This document shows positions 60,901 through 64,000 of a stretch of 64,000 nucleotides of DNA, in pieces. Position numbers and translations under genes: made by a program. Within the stretch, counting starts at the first letter, position 1, and every line of letters begins with the position of its first letter. The notes beneath the pieces are model-generated. The model was not told the origin of the DNA. It searched no databases and was given only the letters and a program-made list of their open reading frames with translations. The stretch lies in assembly GCA_905178155.1 (NCBI GenBank), contig CAJINV010000003.1, forward strand, positions 11,697,105-11,761,104, written 5' to 3'. Source of the stretch: Amoebophrya sp. A120. Lineage: Eukaryota; Protista; Dinoflagellata.

Positions 60901-63900
60901 NNNNNNNNNNNNNNNNNNNNNNNNNNNNNNNNNNNNNNNNNNNNNNNNNNNNNNNNNNNNNNNNNNNNNNNNNNNNNNNNNNNNNNNNNNNNNNNNNNNN
61001 NNNNNNNNNNNNNNNNNNNNNNNNNNNNNNNNNNNNNNNNNNNNNNNNNNNNNNNNNNNNNNNNNNNNNNNNNNNNNNNNNNNNNNNNNNNNNNNNNNNN
61101 NNNNNNNNNNNNNNNNNNNNNNNNNNNNNNNNNNNNNNNNNNNNNNNNNNNNNNNNNNNNNNNNNNNNNNNNNNNNNNNNNNNNNNNNNNNNNNNNNNNN
61201 NNNNNNNNNNNNNNNNNNNNNNNNNNNNNNNNNNNNNNNNNNNNNNNNNNNNNNNNNNNNNNNNNNNNNNNNNNNNNNNNNNNNNNNNNNNNNNNNNNNN
61301 NNNNNNNNNNNNNNNNNNNNNNNNNNNNNNNNNNNNNNNNNNNNNNNNNNNNNNNNNNNNNNNNNNNNNNNNNNNNNNNNNNNNNNNNNNNNNNNNNNNN
61401 NNNNNNNNNNNNNNNNNNNNNNNNNNNNNNNNNNNNNNNNNNNNNNNNNNNNNNNNNNNNNNNNNNNNNNNNNNNNNNNNNNNNNNNNNNNNNNNNNNNN
61501 NNNNNNNNNNNNNNNNNNNNNNNNNNNNNNNNNNNNNNNNNNNNNNNNNNNNNNNNNNNNNNNNNNNNNNNNNNNNNNNNNNNNNNNNNNNNNNNNNNNN
61601 NNNNNNNNNNNNNNNNNNNNNNNNNNNNNNNNNNNNNNNNNNNNNNNNNNNNNNNNNNNNNNNNNNNNNNNNNNNNNNNNNNNNNNNNNNNNNNNNNNNN
61701 NNNNNNNTGGTCCATCCGCCTCAGTAAAGGGAGCATCGCCCTCAAGCTCCTCCGCAAGAAAGTCCAAAGCAAACAAGATCCCGCCCCCGTGTTGCACGCG
61801 TGTGGTCCATCCGCCCCAATGTTTTGCGCGTGTGGTCCATCCGCCCCAGTGAGTGTTTTGCGCCTGTGGTCCATCCGCCCCAGCGAGCGTTCTTTTGCGA
61901 GTGAGGTCCGTCCGCCCCAGTAGAGGGAGCATCGCGCCCGAGATTCCGCGACGAGCGACCTCGCGCCCTACCCGCCGCCCGGCTTGCGAGCGGCATTGGC
62001 AACAAGGCCGGCCCCTCGCCAGCGCCCGACAGCACTGCACTCGGGGCGCCTTCGCAACACAGTCGCCAAGTGTGGCGAGAAGGGTTCTGCGAGTGAGGTC
62101 CACCCGCCCAAGTAAAGGGAGTACCGCGCTCAAGCTTTAGATTCCGCGATGAGCGACCTCGCGCCCTACCCCGCGCGCCGTCGCCCCTCCTTCCCGTCCT
62201 CGCCTAGTTCTTCTCTTCCCCTCCCGCCCCTGCGACCGCACTGCTTTTCCTGGAGATTCCTTCCCCCGAGCTAGTAATTTACATTTAATTCAGTTCATCT
62301 TGTTTCAAGACCTGATTTCTCAATGATGAATGGTCATCACCATGACCATCTTGAATCAGCATCAACCCCTAAAAAGCAATGACACTACTACAACTTAAAT
62401 AATACCCTCGGCGCATCCCTTGAGTCCCCATATGGCACCGTGCGTTTTCGCAGTCTTCTTCTCGGCAACTGCTTCAGCTGGTCCTGATCGCCCTCGATCC
62501 GCAGCACCATGGTGATTTGCGATCTCTTGTCGCCTCGCGCAGCCACGTTCCACGAGGTCACGCCCGTCATCCCGGTGCCCCGAAACGCGATCAACCTCTG
62601 CGCCGCCACGTGGAACCACTCGTTGCAGTTTTGCACACAGACTTTGCTCCCCATGCAAAACCCCGCCGCAAAGTTCTCCTTGTGCAACACCGCGAATCGG
62701 CGGGAAAACTCGCGCACCCGGTCTCTCAGAGTGGATTTCTTGCCGCAGTTATTACAATGAAAAATGCCCCCACCCCCGAACTTGAAAGCATTTGTATTGC
62801 AAACCTTTCCAAATGAAACATTCGCCCTCTTGCATGTATCAGCATCACAGATTTCCGATCGTGAATAGCAAAAATTTGCATTGCAAAAGATCCCAGCAAG
62901 AGCGGCGCTTGTCATGCAAGCGATGCGAAACACGACTAGAATCTGCATCAGAAAGATTCATACTCCTTTCGTGCATGACAAAAAGTTTTCATTTGGAAAC
63001 TTCGCATCACAAATTTTTGCAACTTTGAGGGTGGGGGGAACTTTTCACTGTAATAGCAGTGTTTTTTCAGGAAAACGACCCACTGCCGGACGGAGTATCA
63101 AATGTAAAAATGTCTGGGTCTGGAAGAATGCAACTTGTCATGCTAAATCTGAAGCAGGCAAAAAATTGTGGTGCATGATTGCCAAAAGTCGTCCAGTTTT
63201 GACCAAGTCGGGAGGCAGTTTCTCATGCAGGATAGGCATGAGAAGGATCGCACAGAATTTGTCATGCTAGGTCCTGCATTCCAGACCTCATGGGTCATGG
63301 AAAAGCTGCATGAAAAATCGCGCATTCTTCCAGACCCAGACATTTTTACATTTGATACGGAGAGCTCCTGGACGATCCCCAGCGCCGCCTTCTTTTTCTT
63401 CGGCATCTTCGGCACGTCCGCCTCCTTGCCTTCCTTTTTCGCCTTCTGCCGGGCCCGCATGGCCGCCGCCTCCGCGGCCGCCCGCTCCTCCCCGTCCCCC
63501 TCGAAACCCGGATCCAGCATCGGCCACGAGCCGAATTCGCACAAATACTGTCCCGCGTACGCAAGGCGCTGGCGCCCGAAGTAGTCCGGCGGAATCTTCT
63601 CCCTGCCCGCGCGCACCGCCCGGAGCAACGCGGCGCACTCCGGGGTCGGACCCGTGGACCCCCCGGGGGACGCCATTTTCCGGCCCTGTTGCACGTTTCT
63701 GGACGGGGAGGGGAGATTTGTCAATACCGGCGAAGTCGCCGTGCCAGCATGCGCAGCTTTCGTCGGAGAAGACAACTGCTGGTTTTCTGCGTCTTTATCT
63801 CCGACAGCGTTGTTTGTGAACCCGAAGACCGCGTTCGCGTGGTACCCGGCGTTCATTTTCACCGTCGACAGAGCTAAGCGCGCTTTTTTCGACGGCTTGA

Positions 63901-64000
63901 CAAAGTTACTCTCCTTGCAAACGCGATCGACAAAAAACACCGCCCGAAACATGTCGTCGACGTTCTTTCCTGTCACGCCCTCGTGCTTGCCCCGCTTGCT
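54918..64000 (-). CDS. Very large hypothetical multi-exon protein, 5' end outside the window
   Basis: Continuous frame: ELS-VRQWVVFLKKHC-GKKST (two introners), DAPR-GLVSIQ (GT-AG intron 60093-62405), SSS-TANES, YQG-RLAAP, RLTL-SPIGI. Stop at 54918. No domain recognised. Confidence 0.78.
55421..55678. mobile_element. Family A introner (DR cagcg)
   Basis: TIR pair with perfect DR. In-frame join. Confidence 0.9.
56675..56952. mobile_element. Family C introner (DR tcctg/ccctg)
   Basis: tatcccgagtaaaaacgtacccacgccag ... ctggtgtgggtacgtttttactcaggata. Homologous to 22254-22532. Confidence 0.9.
59080..59263. mobile_element. Degenerate family D-like introner
   Basis: tatcgcacagaaaaaagg ... ttctgcgagata. 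DR decayed. Removal keeps the frame. Confidence 0.6.
60232..60510. repeat. Degenerate minisatellite (cccgattnnncnaattttgtaccct)
   Basis: About 10 imperfect units inside intron 60093-62405. Confidence 0.85.
60551..60714. repeat. 16-bp tandem repeat (ccgggaaacacggaa[a/c])n running into the gap
   Basis: About 10 copies directly visible. Confidence 0.95.
60715..61707. other. Assembly gap (993 N)
   Basis: Run of N. Confidence 1.
61708..62170. repeat. Degenerate tandem repeats (tgtggtccatccgcccca core, plus a duplication of about 190 bp)
   Basis: The core recurs at least six times. gattccgcga(c/t)gagcgacctcgcgccctaccc is duplicated. Confidence 0.8.
62750..63055. mobile_element. Family B introner (DR gcagt)
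   Basis: tattacaatgaaaaatgcccccacccc ... gggtggggggaacttttcactgtaata. Perfect DR. Confidence 0.9.
63096..63357. mobile_element. Family A introner (DR cggag)
   Basis: Near-perfect TIR of about 35 bp, tatcaaatgtaaaaatgtctgggtctggaagaatgc. Perfect DR. Confidence 0.93.

Noticed and set aside
60297-62133. Long ORFs of 460-550 aa
   Set aside because: Artefacts of the N gap and tandem repeats
901-63357. Strand-specific TATG versus TATC asymmetry at the intron 3' end as a splice signal
   Set aside because: Many left ends read tatg, but 21897, 22657, 23903 and 63096 read tatc and several right ends also read cata, so the pattern is not consistent
994-63584. Recurrent short ORF peptides (CKNVWVWK, LPDPDIF, FQTQT, MSGSGR) as a protein family
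   Set aside because: They are translations of the family A TIR in different frames, not genes

Overview
Eukaryotic, gene-dense window. Every recognisable gene lies on the minus strand. The organisation resembles the parasitic syndinian dinoflagellate Amoebophrya (inference, not verified). Recognisable content: a PP2C phosphatase, an intact 1824-aa non-LTR retrotransposon (Zn fingers-APE-RT-RNase H-CCHC), a large TRANK1-like UvrD/SF1 helicase, Fip1-motif and RRM exons, RFC3, a tail-anchored coiled-coil protein, RPL39, an MFE-2/HSD17B4-like SDR and several unknown genes. The dominant signal is at least 23 short (about 150-350 bp) inverted-repeat elements in five TIR families sitting inside coding sequence. 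They share a TAT(C)...(G)ATA terminus, a 5-bp direct repeat and an internal TTGT[ACG]ATGC motif, and related copies occur in both orientations. The intact copies offer no GT-AG register, yet removing the element plus one direct repeat restores the reading frame at nearly every junction checked, so they behave as transposon-derived non-canonical introns (introners). Also found: a TTAGGG-ended MITE nested in one introner; a 1.7-kb palindrome-array insert flanked by a 32-bp duplicated coding segment; four tandem intronic box C/D snoRNAs complementary to the LSU rRNA peptidyl-transferase region; and satellites around a 993-N assembly gap inside a canonical intron. Coordinates were counted by hand and may be off by a few bases.
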